The translations under genes were made by a program, and so were the position numbers. A DNA stretch of 64,000 nucleotides, from the NCBI RefSeq assembly GCF_009914755.1, contig NC_060925.1, one strand, 5' to 3'. Below the pieces are notes generated by a model, which worked only from the letters and a program-made list of their open reading frames with translations, had not been told where the DNA came from and ran no database searches. Shown here in pieces: positions 34,011 to 52,459 of this stretch. How positions within the stretch are numbered: the first letter of the stretch is position 1; each line of letters opens with the position of its first letter. This DNA is from the human T2T-CHM13v2.0 reference genome, Homo sapiens.

Positions 34011-35278
34011 TCAGATATTTGCAAGATACTCATGTTCTCATCCTGTCAAATGATGACCATGGGCACATGAGTCTGATAGAGCTCCATGGGACATGAAGCC
34101 TGGGCAAACAATTTAAGTGAATGCAGCAGGCTGAATATAAGCCAGCACCATCCAACAGAAATAAAATAAGAATTATATATTTAATTTTAAATATTCTAGT
34201 AGTCACGTTAAACAAAATGCCATATCCCAATCTGGACTAGCCATATTCCAAGTGCTGAACAGCTATGTGTGGCAGTGGCTCCCGACCTGGATGTGCAGGT
34301 GTGAAGAACTCAAGAGTGAAGTGGACCACGGGGAAATGGAGATAGAACCGCCCCATCCAGGGAATGCTGCCACACAGGAATGGGACCCAGTGTGTGTACA
34401 TCCTCCATCTTTTTCCAAATTCCAGAAATCTTCACATTTATGTAAAAGTTTGTGGTTTTAAATGTTGGTATTCAAGTTTTTGAAGCAACTGCATAGCAAA
34501 ACATCACATTAGTAGGCCATGTGGCTCTCAGGCTAGCCATCAGCACCCACACAGCTTTACAGGCTGTCTTCCATGCCTCTAAATGTGTATCAAGCTGACT
34601 TTCTCCAAGCAAGGATGTTCTTCTTTGGTTAAGTATTGACTTCTCTAACATTGAACTGAGTGTCACAATTAGTTCTGCTTAACACATAGTGAAAATAGTG
34701 GGATAAAATTAAAACACAATGGGCCTGGCGTGGTGGCTCACGCCTGTAATCCCAGCACTTTCAGAGGCCGAGGCGGGCAGATCACCTGAGGTCAGGAGTT
34801 CGACACCAGACTGACCAACACGGTGAAACCCTGTCTCTACGAAAAATACAAAAATTAGCCAGGCGTGGTGGCACACGCCTATAGTGCCAGCTACTTGGGA
34901 GGGTGAGGCAGGAGAATCGCTTGAAACCTGGGAGGCGGAGGTTCCCGTGAGCTGAGATTGCACCACTGCACTCCAGCTTGGGTGACAGAGCAAGACTCTG
35001 TCTCAAAATAATAACAACAATAATAATAACAACAACAATAACACAACAAATGTTGGAGTCAAAAGGTCTTTGACACTAGTACTGAGTTCTGCTTCCCCAG
35101 CACCGAGTACAGTACTGGGTACAGCAGTTCTCTAATGTCTGTTATTAATCGAAAAGTACTATTACTGTGAGCAGGACCAACCTCCCCCCCATTCTTGAGA
35201 AAAATGGACTAGAAATATAATTAGACAGTTTACAGAAAAAGAAACGAAAATGCCTCTTAATCATAAGAATTGATGAGT

Positions 35279-38200
35279 TGGAGACGGGGTTTTGCTGTGT
35301 TGGCCGGGCTGGTCTCAGCTCCTGACCGCGAGTGATCCGCCAGCCTCGGCCTCCCGAGGTGCTGGGATTGCAGACGGAGTCTCGTTCACTCAGTGCTCAA
35401 TGGTGCCCAGGCTGGAGTGCAGTGGTGTGATCTCGGCTCGCTACAACCTCCACCTCCCAGCCGCCTGCCCTGGCCCCCCAAAGTGCCGAGATTGCAGCCT
35501 CTGCCCGGCCGCCACCCCGTCTGGGAAGTGAGGAGCGTCTCTGCCTGGCCGCCCATCGTCTGGGATATGAGGAGCCTCTCTGCCTGGCTGCCCAGTCTGG
35601 AAAGTGAGGAGCGTCTCTGCCCGGCCGCCATCCCATCTAGGAAGCGAGGAGCGCCTCTTCCCCGCCGCCCATCGTCTGAGATGTGGGGAGCGCCTCTGCC
35701 CCGCCGCCCTGTCTGGGATGTGAGGAGCACCTCTGCTGGGCCGCAACCCTGTCTGAGATGTGAGGAGCGCCTCTGCCTGGCCGCCCCGTCTGAGAAGTGA
35801 GGAAACCCTCTGCCTGGCAACCGCCCCGTCTGAGAAGTGAGGAGCCCCTCCATCCGGCAGCCACCCCGTCTGGGAAGTGAGGAGCGTCTCCGCCCGGCAG
35901 CCACCCCGTCCGGGGGGGGGGGGGGGGGTCAGCCCCCCGCCCGGCCAGCCGCCCCGTCCGGGAGGTGAGGGGCTCCTCTGCCCGGCCGCCCCTACTGGGA
36001 AGTGAGGAGCCCCTCTGCCCGGCCAGCTGCCCCGTCCGGGAGGGGGGGTCAGCCCCCTGCCCGGCCAGCCGCCCCGTCCGGGAGGGAGGTGGGGGGGTCA
36101 GCCCCCCGCCCGGCCGGCCGCCCCGTCCGGGAGGTGAGGGGCGCCTCTGCCCGGTCGCCCCTACCGGGAAGTGAGGACCCCTCTGCCCGGCCAGCCGCCC
36201 CGTCCGGGAGGGAGGTGGGGGGTCAGCACCCCGCCCGGCCAGCCGCCCAGTCCGGGAGGAAGGTGGGGGGTCAGCCCCCCGCCCGGCCAGCCGCCCCGTC
36301 CGGGAGGGAGGTGGGGGGATCAGCCCCCCGCCTGGCCAGCCGCCCCGTCCGGGAGGTGAGGGGCGCCTCTGCCCGGCCGCCCCTACTGGGAAGTGAGGAG
36401 CCCCTCTGCCCGGCCAGCCGCCCCGTCCGGGAGGGAGGTGGGGGGATCAGCCCCCCGTCCGGGAGGTGAGGGGCGCCTCTGCCCGGTCGCCCCTACCGGG
36501 AAGTGAGGACCCCTCTGCCCGGCCAGCCGCCCCGTCCGGGAGGGAGGTGGGGGGTCAGCCCCCCGCCCGGCCAGCCGCCCAGTCCGGGAGGGAGGTGGGG
36601 GGTCAGCCCCCCGCCCGGCCAGCCGCCCAGTCCGGGAGGGAGGTGGGGGGTCAGCCCCCCGCCCGGCCAGCCGCCCCGTCCGGGAGGGAGGTGGGGGGAT
36701 CAGCCCCCCGCCTGGCCAGCCGCCCCGACCGGGAGGTGAGGGGCGCCTCTGCCCGGCTGCCCGTACTGGGAAGTGAGGACCCCTCTGCCCGGCCAGCCGC
36801 CCCGTCCGGGAGGCAGGTGGGGGGGGTCAGCCCCCCGCCCGGCCAGCCGCCCCGTCCGGGAGGGAGGTGGGGGGGTCAGCCCCCCGCCCGGCCAGCCGCC
36901 CCGTCCGGGAGGGAGGTGGGGGGGATCAGCCCCCCGCCCGGCCAGCCGCCCCGTCCGGGAGGGAGGTGGGGGGGTCAGCCCCCCGCCCGGCCAGCCGCCC
37001 CGTCCGGGAGGGAGGTGGGGGGGGTCAGCCCCCCGCCTGGCCAGCCGCCCCGTCCAGGAGGTGAGGGGCGCCTCTGCCCGGCTGCCCCTACTGGGAAGTG
37101 AGGACCCCTCTGCCCGGCCAGCCGCCCCGTCCGGGAGGGAGGTGGGGGGGTCAGCCCCCCGCCCGGCCAGCCGCCCCATCCGGGAGGGAGGTGGGGGGGG
37201 CAGCCCCCCGCCCGGCCAGCCGCCCCGTCCGGGAGGGAGGTGGGGGGATCAGCCCCCCGCCTGGCCAGCCGCCCCGTCCGGGAGGTGAGGGGCGCCTCTG
37301 CCCGGCTGCCCCTACTGGGAAGTGAGGACCCCTCTGCCCGGCCAGCCGCCCCGTCCGGGAGGGAGGTGGGGGGGTCAGCCCCCCGCCCGGCCAGCCGCCC
37401 CATCCGGGAGGGAGGTGGGGGGGTCAGCCCCCCGCACGGCCAGCCGCCCCGTCCGGGAGGGAGGTGGGGGGGGGTCAGCCCCCCGCACGGCCAGCCGCCC
37501 CGTCCGGGAGGGAGGTGGGGGGATCAGCCCCCCGCCTGGCCAGCCGCCCCGTCTGGGAGGTGAGGGGCGCCTCTGCCCGGCCGCCCCTACTGGGAAGTGA
37601 GGAGCCCCTCTGCCGGGCCAGCCGCCCCGTCCGGGAGGGAGGCGCGGGGGGGGGTCGGCCAGCCGCCCCGTCCGGGAGGGAGGTGGGGGGGGTCAGCCCC
37701 CCGCCCGGCCAGCCGCCCAGTCCGGGAGGGAGGTGGTGGGTCAGCCCCCCACCCGGCCAGCCGCCCCGTCCGGGAGGGAGGTGGGGGGATCAGCCCCCCG
37801 CCTGGCCAGCCACCCCGTCCGGGAGGTGAGGGGCGCCTCTGCCCGGCCGCCCCTACTGGGAAGTGAGGAGCCCCTCTGCCTGGCGAGCCGCCCCGTCCGG
37901 GAGGGTGGTGGGGGGGTCAGCCCCCCGCCCGGCCAGCCGCCCTATCCAGGAGGTGAGGGGCGCCTCTGCCCGGCCGCCCCTACTGGGAAGTGAGGAGCCC
38001 CTCTGCCTGGCCAGCCGCCCCGTCCGGGAGGGTGGTGGGGGGGTCAGCCCCCTGCCCGGCCAGCCGCCCCATCCGGGAGGTGAGGGGCGCTTCTGCCCGG
38101 CCGCCCCTACTGGGAAGTGAGGAGCCCCTCTGCCCGGCCACGACCCCTTCTGGGAGGTGTGCCCAGCGGCTCATTGGGGATGGGCCATGATGACAATGGC

Positions 38201-38657
38201 GGTTTTGTGGAATAGAAAGGCGGGAAGGGTGGGGAAAAAATTGAGAAATCGGATGGTTGCCGGGTCTGTGTGGATAGAAGTAGATATGGGAGACTTTTCA
38301 TTTTGTTCTGTACTAAGAAAAATTCTTCTGCCTTGGGATCCTGTTGATCTGTGACCTTATCCCCAACCCTGTGCTCTCTGAAACATGTGCTGTGTCCACT
38401 CAGGGTTAAATGGATTAAGGGCGGTGCAAGATGTGCTTTGTTAAACAGATGCTTGAAGGCAGCGTGCTCGTTAAGAGTCATCACCACTCCCTAATCTTAA
38501 GTACCCAGGGACACAAACACTTCGGAAGGCCGCAGGGTCCTCTGCCTAGGAAAACCAGAGACCTTTGTTCACTTGTTTATCTGCTGACCTTCCCTCCACT
38601 ATTGTCCTATGACCCTGCCAAATCCCCCTCTGCGAGAAACACCCAAGAATGATCAAT

Positions 38658-38698
<41 letters not shown>

Positions 38699-38700
38699 AA
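35279..38700 (+). mobile_element. SVA retrotransposon (SVA_E-like), 5'-truncated with no CCCTCT hexamer, antisense to RERE
   Basis: Alu-like region 35279-~35495, GC-rich VNTR ~35495-38155, SINE-R ~38156-38660, ATTAAA at 38656-38661, (TAAA)n tail. Perfect 14-bp TSD aagaattgatgagt at 35265-35278 and 38701-38714. SINE-R text gtgcccagcggctcattggggatggg matches my memory of SVA_E; subfamily is less certain than family. Confidence 0.97.
35495..38155 (+). repeat. SVA VNTR (~2.65 kb, CpG-rich ~37-50 bp units)
   Basis: Repeated gcccggccagccgccccgtccgggagggaggtggggggtcagcccccc and gcccctactgggaagtgaggagcccctct units; G17 run at 35912-35928. Confidence 0.97.
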
Positions 38701-38729
38701 AAGAATTGATGAGTCAACCTCTCTGACAA

Positions 38730-41110
<2,381 letters not shown>

Positions 41111-42169
41111 AATTTTTTTTTTTAAAGACTGGTTCTGTCACCAGGCTGGAGTGCAATGGTGTGATCGTGGCTCAGTGCTGCTTCAACCGCCTAGGCTCAA
41201 GCAATCCTCCCACTTCAGCCTCCTGAGTGGCTGGGACTACAGACATGCATCACCATGCCTACCTAATTTTTGTATTTTTTGTAGAGATGGGGTTTTGCCA
41301 TGTTGCCCAGGCTGGTCTCGAATTCCTGAGCTGAAATGATCTACCCACCTTGGCCTCCCAAAGTGCTGGGATTACAGGCGTGAGCCAAAAGTCAAAAATT
41401 TTAAAAAGGTAAATGTTGCCAATTCATTTTTAAAAGTTTTATTATTTTTGGTGCTCCAAAACATTTCTTTTTGAAAATGAAGCACACAGAATACATTTAA
41501 AATCTGATGTAAAAAACCAAACATCTGATTTTAAATGGTGGTATACAAAAATCCAATCACAGTAAATTTGCTCCTTTTCCAAGAATGTAAGCATCTTTTC
41601 CTTAGGAACTACATTTTCTTTTATGGTAGGAAAAAAAAAATCTATAAAATAAAAGTCTGGTACAAAGATCTCAAGACACTGGAAATACACAGTGAGAGGG
41701 AAAAAATGGGTAGTAAAATACAGTGCAAGAGAAAGTAGAGAATGGGAGACGAAACTGAGTGGCATTAGGTTGAGTATCAGGTTCCCAGACCGAAAATACA
41801 GCCCCGAGGCGGCAGTCAGGCCCACCTAATGGAACACACCAACAAAAGACTCTACTTGAACAAGCAGACACTGTCCTCCTGCAGCTTCTTTCAGTCTGTA
41901 TCAGTTATAACCCCAGGTCTGGGATGAGAAGTATCTTCTATAAACTATGTGACCCTGATAGTTTTTGTGTTCACTTCACTTCATAACTCCTTCACTTCTT
42001 AAGTTCTTTCATTACAGAGTTAAAATAGGTTATTTAAAAATGTAAATGACACACAATTTAGAAATGCTCAAAATCTAGACAGAAATAATAACTAGACAGA
42101 CGACTGAAATCTCTATGCACTTCCAAGGCTCACTGCTGCCTGTATCCCATGTCTTTAGACATGATGGCC

Positions 42170-42680
42170 TTAGCTGTGGATTCCCCAGCATCCATTCCAA
42201 CTCAAGTGCTAATCATGTTAAACTCTTTCCTCATGGTTTAGAAATAGACACATGACCCAATCCATGGCAACAATATGTGGGTCTACTGGGGACCTGCTGG
42301 GGAAATTTTCCTTGCTCCTAAGGGGAAAAGAAGTCCAATTCTTTCTTCCTCTCAACACTTGCTAAATTTCATTCATTGTAAGATCCACTGTTATTTTATG
42401 TGCACTGAGAAAGGATAAAATATAGCCAATAAATTATAACCACACCACAGAATGTACAATGAAGCCCAACTATAGGAGCAAATGTGAAGGAAAAAAGTGT
42501 ATCTTAGAATTAGTCAAACTGAGCTGAGGATGACGCCACCTCCATGGAGGCCAGCTGGGTACAAGAGAGTCTCAGAGAAGCACAGCAGAGCCCCAGTCCT
42601 GCCTGACCAGGATGTCATGACATGGGAGACAGAAACAGAGCCAGAGTCCTGTCAGTGAAAGCATCCTAACTGATACTGAG
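42170..42680. mobile_element. Old ERVL-type LTR fragment (LTR33-like) interrupted by a MER104-like DNA element (~42363-42520)
   Basis: cccagcatccattcc..acatgacccaatc..ttttccttgct resembles LTR33. The insert ends aaaaaagtgtatcttagaat, like the MER104/Kanga terminus. Highly diverged. Confidence 0.45.
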
Positions 42681-43104
42681 ATCAAAACAGAATATGCCGG
42701 GCCCAGTGGCACATGCCTTTAGTCCCAGCTACTCAGAGGCTGAGGCAGGTTGGACTGCTTCAGCCCAGGAGGAGGTCAAGGCTGCCGTGAGCCGTGATCG
42801 TGCCTCTGTGCTCTAGCCTTGGCAACAGAATGAGACCTGTCTCTGAAAAACGTAAAAACAACAACAAAAACCAAAGAGCTGTAATAAATGCAATGAAATA
42901 AGAAAGAGCAACAGTCGTGACACAGCAACCCTCTGACTGAAAAGTGTCCTAACCATCTTGACTCTCCTGAAGGAAAAGAAGTTGTTTATTTTTTTGCAGA
43001 CAGTCTCTCTCTGTCGCCCAGGCTGGAGTGCAGTGTCGCAATCTTGGCTCACTGCAACCTCCGCCCCCTGGGTTCAAGTGATTTCTCCTGCCTCAGCCTC
43101 CTGA

Positions 43105-43416
<312 letters not shown>

Positions 43417-43419
43417 TGA

Positions 43420-43614
<195 letters not shown>

Positions 43615-43643
43615 TAAAAATGTTTTAAATAAAAATATGTGAT

Positions 43644-44047
43644 CAAGTGTTCATCAATGGATGAATAGATAAACAGTGATACGTACATACAATGGGTCAT
43701 TTAGCCTTAAAAAGGATAGAAATTCTGACACATGCTATTAACACGGATGAACCATGAGGACATTATGCTGAGTGAAATAAATCAGGCACAAAAAGACAAA
43801 TACTGTATGATTCCATTCACATGAGGTACTTTTATGAGGCAGAACAGTCAAAAACAGAGAGAGGAAGGAGAATGGTGATTGCCAATGCTGCAGAAGAGAA
43901 ATGGAGTTACTGTTTACGGGTACAGAATTTCAGTTTTGCAAGATAGAAAGAGTTCTGGAGATAGATGACGGTGATGGCTATACAACAATATTAATGTACT
44001 TAACTACTGAACTTTGCACTTAAAAATGGGAGATGGTAAATGTATGT
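43644..44047 (+). mobile_element. L1MB 3' end
   Basis: caagtgttcatcaatggatgaatagataaac...aaattctgacacatgcta...gaggacattatgctgagtgaaataa...actgaactttgcacttaaaaatgg. Confidence 0.85.
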
Positions 44048-44201
44048 GGTGATCTGAGGAGGGTGGAAAAAAAACCTCTGTATTTATAAAAAATTCCCGA
44101 TAGCAATAACCACATTCTAAGATGCTGCGCAACAGAATAAAGTGCCAGCAGAGTAATAAGAAACAAAAACCTATTAAGGAAGCTATGAAAATGAACTTCA
44201 C

Positions 44202-44250
44202 CTGATGACTAGGACCGACACGAATCTCCCCCTGGGTACTGTTCAGCCTC
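44202..44250 (-). CDS. RERE: RERE coding exon (49 nt, phase 2-0), BAH/ELM2 junction: (R)RLNSTQGEIRVGPSHQ
   Basis: Acceptor ctctatttctgttccag|G, donor CAG|gtgaag. EIRVGxxHQ(A) is the ELM2 N-terminal motif and continues in frame into AKLPD. Confidence 0.96.
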
Positions 44251-44478
44251 CTGGAACAGAAATAGAGCAGATTAAGTTAGCGCAATACAGTTTTGACATA
44301 AACATTCACACATTTTTCAAAAAAAGTAATTCTCTTCAAATAAATGAGGAAAAACTGAGGAAGAATTAACGTCCCCACTACTTCTAATGTTCTGTATACA
44401 TACACCACCCACCACCACACATGCACCTCTAAAACCTTTTCCTTTGAAAATCCTAAGAACTGCAGCTTCCTTTCATGA

Positions 44479-44943
<465 letters not shown>

Positions 44944-44974
44944 TAAGAAAACTTATCCTAGGACATATACTGAG

Positions 44975-45029
44975 CCATCCATCCATCCATCCATCCATCC
45001 ATCCATCCATCCGTCCGTCCGTCCATCCA
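44975..45029 (+). repeat. Compound tetranucleotide STR (CCAT)9(CCGT)3CCATCCA
   Basis: Direct reading; it runs into an antisense L2 3' end (caacaaatatttaagtacctactat..gccagg). Confidence 0.95.
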
Positions 45030-45599
45030 ACAAATATTTAAGTACCTACTATAAGCCAGGAATTGTCCTAGGTGTTGGGGATAAAGCAACAAACAGGGAC
45101 AGGTACAGAGGCTCACACCTGTAATTCTAGCACTTTGGGAGGCTAAGGCGGGAGGATCGCTTGAGCCCAGAAGTTTAAAACCAGCCTGGGCAACACAGAG
45201 TGACGCCATCTCTACAAGAAAATTAAAAATCAGCTGGGCATGGTGGCGCACGCCTGTAGACCCAGTTACTCAAGAGGATCGCTTGAGCTGGGAGGTCAAG
45301 GCTGCAGTGAGCCATGTTCGCACCACTGCACTCCAACCTGGGCAACAGAGCATGACCCTGTCTATAAAAAAGGCAACAAACATAACAGTGTCAAAGAAGA
45401 TGGCCTAAAAGGAGGCATATGCTCTTGTTTTTCTCTCATGGATCTGATACCCATACCCACTGTGTTTGAAATTGTTAAAAATACATTTTGGAAAGCTATC
45501 GTTTCCTTTAGGGCACCTGGGCCCAGTACTTTCTTCTTTTAATCCAATCATTTTCTCATGAAGAATCTTGCTTGGGCAAAGGTGGTGGTAAATGTGACA

Positions 45600-45692
45600 A
45601 AGGAAGAAAAAAAGAAGAGGAGGAAGAAGGGGAGAAAGGGAGGAGGAAGACAAGGAGGAGGAGGAGAAGACGAAGAAGAGGAAGAAGAAGAA
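45600..45692 (+). repeat. GA-rich low-complexity tract (GAA/GGA)
   Basis: Nearly pure purine run. Confidence 0.9.
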
Positions 45693-47365
45693 ATGTGGTG
45701 GCCCAGTCATCAAGAATCTTACAAGCCTCCAGCTGGCGAGGCAGCATCTGTACCAAAACACCAGAACAGGCCGATGCCCGTATTCATCAACATAAGACAC
45801 TTCAAAAGACACAGTACAAAAATGTGAAGGGGAGGTACCAAAATGAGGCGGCTTCAAGAGAAGACACAGAAGGAGATAATAGGCCTAGCAGCAGGAAAAA
45901 AAAAGAGGACTTTCCAAGTAGAAATGAAAGCATGCAGAGGTGGCAGGCTGAAAGGGAGGGGCGGTGACAGGGAAATGCTTGCATGTGGGCTGACTTCATC
46001 ATACAAGTCATCTTCATTTCTTCATTAGGAGAATGGTATGTGGAAAAACGAAGCTAAAAGATGGATTGTTCTCATAGGTTTATGCAGGAAATGGAAGAAG
46101 CTGTTTTAGGAGGTATGTAAAGGAATCAAATCAGCCACAAGTTATTTTAATCACAAGCGCTTCTTTAAGAAAAACAAGCAAGCAGTCAGCGTTACCACTA
46201 TTTCCCTTCCAACTTGTCCTTTTCTATTTTCTAACTAGCTGTGAGCAAAACAAGCTGCCAAAAGCTCTAAATACTTTCCAAATGCTTTCTTGCCTACAAG
46301 TAGGTCTAGCCAGAATGTATCATTTCAGAAACCTTCAGCCACAGCCCATTCAGTAACTTCTGCCTGCAGCTCAACCTTTGGGTTCTTCCAGAAGGTCTGT
46401 TACTCTGGAGTTCTCCAGTGGTTGGATATCATTTCCATATCATGGCTACACTGTTAAGTCCTTGATAATTCCAGAAAAAACATTCCTGCTTGATTTTTAT
46501 TTTATTTTGGAGATGAGGTCTTGCTATGTTGCCCGGTCTGTTCTCAAAACCCTGGGCTCAAAGGGACCCCCACCTCAGCCTCCCAAAGCGCTGGAATTAC
46601 AGACATGAGCCACCGCACTCACCGCCCAACCCCATTTTTATTTTAATAAGCCAATTTATCATCATATTTAGCTTAAAAAAACCCAATGTACCATGGTAAT
46701 GAAACAAACTCCCAAATACCCTGTTGACTAGAACTACTTATATCTCACGTATTTCCATAAAAATAGGATGCAGATAATTATTATTAAACTAATAATACAA
46801 ATGAGACAAAAAAATGTATTGGGCCATCTTAAGAGACTTGAAAATTGTTTAAGTTTATAACAGGGAAGAGTACTAATAAGTAGGCTATAACATGAAAACC
46901 AAGATAAAATAAGGAAACTTCTTAAAAGCTTATTTAAAAATCCCTCTTTGCAACAAAAGTATTTTTAAATTGTATGTAACTTTTAAATATCAGGGTTCTA
47001 TAGCAAGAAATACAACAAAGTTCTTTTTGAGCAGGTAGGATCTGAGGTGCAGACAATGGCATTAGCCTACTATATGCAAGAGTTACAGAATATAGAATAA
47101 ATGGCAAAAGTACTTTTTAGGTCCAAGATATAAAGAGGTAGATAGCAACACACCACCTTAGACAAAGCTTGATGCAGCTGACAGAAAAACTGTCAGAATA
47201 TGAGCTGAAGGTGAAAGACAAGAAGTACACATGGTGGGGAAGTGCCAGCATCCAGCTGTATCTGGATCCACCGAGCAATCAGAATCCTCCTTACTGAACT
47301 AAGTATCCCTCCCCTGCTGCCGCACTGCTCTCCTCTCTTTTTTCTTTTTCTTTTTTTTTTTTTTA

Positions 47366-47490
47366 TCCTGTATCCCCAGACAGCTGCATCACCCTTGATA
47401 GGTCAGGCAGCCACAACACCCCAGAATGTTTCCCTGGCACATGGAAAAAGCACCCCCATGAGGCTGCAGCCAGGTGCAAAGTGAGTCTGT
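47366..47490 (-). pseudogene. Retrocopy of H/ACA snoRNA SNORA77 (ACA63)
   Basis: Minus strand ACAGACTCACTTTGCACCTGGCTGCAGCC...GGTGCTTTTTCC...GTGGCTGCCTGACCTATCAAGGGTGATGCAGCTG...GGGGATACAGGA follows SNORA77 end to end (125 nt). A-tail at 47338-47364; degenerate TSD actgctc.. at 47324-47339 and 47493-47506. Confidence 0.82.
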
Positions 47491-47582
47491 GAACTGCTCC
47501 CTTCTTGAATGCACCTTTGTGGTTCACACCTCACTCATTAATGATATTTAAACATGACAGTATCAACAGCTTGTAGGAAACA

Positions 47583-47922
<340 letters not shown>

Positions 47923-47984
47923 AGGAAACACTCTTAATCATCAATTGCAATCTTGATGCAATGACTACATTTTGTCTTTTACTT

Positions 47985-49990
<2,006 letters not shown>

Positions 49991-50220
49991 GACTTTTAAG
50001 TCGGGAAGCCAAGTCTTGGGATTAAAAACTACTAATAGGCTGGGCGAGGTGGCTCACGCCTGTAATCACAGCATTTTGGGAGGCCGAGGCAGGTGGATCA
50101 CCTGAGGTCAGGAGTTCGAAACCAGCCTAGTCAACATGGTGAAACCCCATCCCTACTAAAAACACAAAATTAGCCATACCGGGTGGTGTGTGCCTGAATC
50201 CTAGCTACTCGGGAGGCTCA

Positions 50221-50406
<186 letters not shown>

Positions 50407-50953
50407 CTATGCTCTGAGAAGCACTGATTATGGCACATTCTGAACTTCAGCAAGTGCTGGAGGCTAAAATTCATCTAGAAGACTCCAGCTTTCTTCTTTG
50501 ATTAATAACAACAGTAGCTAACATTTCAGCACTTACTATCTGTCCTAGGTGCTCTACAGTATTATCTCATTTCTAGGTATTAAGGCATTTAATTAATGTT
50601 TTGATATTAACAGACATGTTAGTATTGCTATTCACAGAAATTCAGGTGTCTTTCTATCCTGTGTTCAAAGCAACACAGCACTACACGTGGTGGTGCACAC
50701 CTGGAATCCCAGCACTCTGGGACGCTGAGGCAAGAGGACAGCTTGAGCTCAGGAGTTTGAGACCAGCCTGGGCAACAGGCTTTATAAAAAATGTTTTTTT
50801 AATTAGCTGGTCACGGTGGCACGCACCTATAATCCCACCTACTCAGGAGGCTGAGCCAGGAGAATCACTTGAGCTCTGGAGTTTGAGGCTGCAGTGAGCT
50901 ATGATCACACCACTGCACTCCAGCCTGGGCAAAACAGAGCTAGACTGTCTTTA

Positions 50954-51178
<225 letters not shown>

Positions 51179-51879
51179 CTACTACACCCCAGCCTGAGTG
51201 ACAGAGCAAGACTGTCTCAAAAAACAAACAAACAACAACAACAACAACAACAAAACATAGCTACTAAAGAGGTTTCTGCTTGGATGTACAATGCTGCTGA
51301 ATTAACAAAGTAGGTCTAGTCAAAGCCAGGGTGGTCATCAACTTCGGAAGAAAAATCCAGACCAAAGGCAGTATGAATCCTAGCCAAGACATATAAAGGA
51401 TACTACTGTATGAATTAAGAAACCAAAGATGCAAGTAATATCCAGAATAATGCAACATACACACACATCTATCTTTATCCTCATCTTAAGAGTTTTCACA
51501 TACGTTATCTTAAATCTAGGTGTAGGCCGGGTGCGGTGGCTCGTGCCTGTAATCCCAGCACTTTGGGAGGCTGAGGTGGGCAGGTTACCCGAGGTCAGGA
51601 GTTCCAAAACAGCCTGGCCAATATGGAGAAGCCCCACCCCTAAAAATACAAAATTAGCCAAGCGTGGTAGTGGGTGCAGTAGTGGGCACCTATAATCCCG
51701 GCTACTTAAGATGCTGAGGCAGAAAAATTGCTCAAACCCAGGAGATGGAGGCTGCAGAGAGCCGAGATCCCGCCAGTGTACTCCAGCCTGGGGGACGGAG
51801 CAAGACTCTCTCAGAGGAAAAAAAAAAAAAAAAAAAAAAAAATCTAGGTGTATTATAGTTACATAACAAACACAAGCAA

Positions 51880-52270
51880 AATAATAATACTAGCTATCAA
51901 TTACTAAGTGCTTTCTATGCTGGGCACATATTATTTCATTATTCCACGACAACTCTATGAGGCAGTATCTCCATAGGTAATAATAATAACAATACTAATT
52001 TTAACATTAATAAAGCAACTAATATATCCATTGAACATTTACTATGTACCAGGCATTGCAAGGTAAGCAATTTCCATTTATTTTCTTATCTAATCTTACA
52101 GGCGACCCTGTAAGATAGGTGCTATTGTAGTAAGTGTACAGGTCAGGTCACTGAAGCCAAGAGACGTTACGCAGTTGCCCAAGATTAAACAGCAAATAAG
52201 TGGAGAAATCAGGAATCCTACTCAAGGTCAGCTGACTCCAAAGTCAGAGCTCTCAATCACACTCCCATAT
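51880..52270 (-). mobile_element. Two adjacent MIR fragments (other MIR/L2 pieces at ~1270-1385, 3820-4010, 11000-11190, 55060-55480, 57165-57520)
   Basis: aataatactagctatcaattactaagtgcttt..acaactctatgaggcag and acatttactatgtaccaggca..ttgcccaag..ctgactccaaag are antisense MIR text. Confidence 0.7.
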
Positions 52271-52459
52271 GGCAGAATGATTAAGTTACTGAACCAAAAT
52301 CACACAATTAATTACAAACAGAATGATGAGAATCCATATCCCTTTCCCTATTTTGGTTCTATGTTTATTTCAAACACCCAAGCAAGACAAAATGATCAAA
52401 AGAATTTTTTTAAGTTTGAAAGTCATGATGAAAGAGAAAAACCTATCAAAGTTAGAGGT

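Noticed and set aside
35900-38150. Regular GC-rich repeats that could suggest a CRISPR array or CpG-island promoter
   Set aside because: No unique spacers, eukaryotic context, and fully explained as the SVA VNTR.
35292-38652. Dozens of overlapping Pro/Gly/Arg-rich ORFs up to 211 aa
   Set aside because: They are translations of the stop-poor SVA VNTR, Alu-like and SINE-R sequence, not genes.
45405-46028. Charged, low-complexity ORFs (poly-E/R/K)
   Set aside because: Produced by the GA-rich simple repeat; no splice or homology support.
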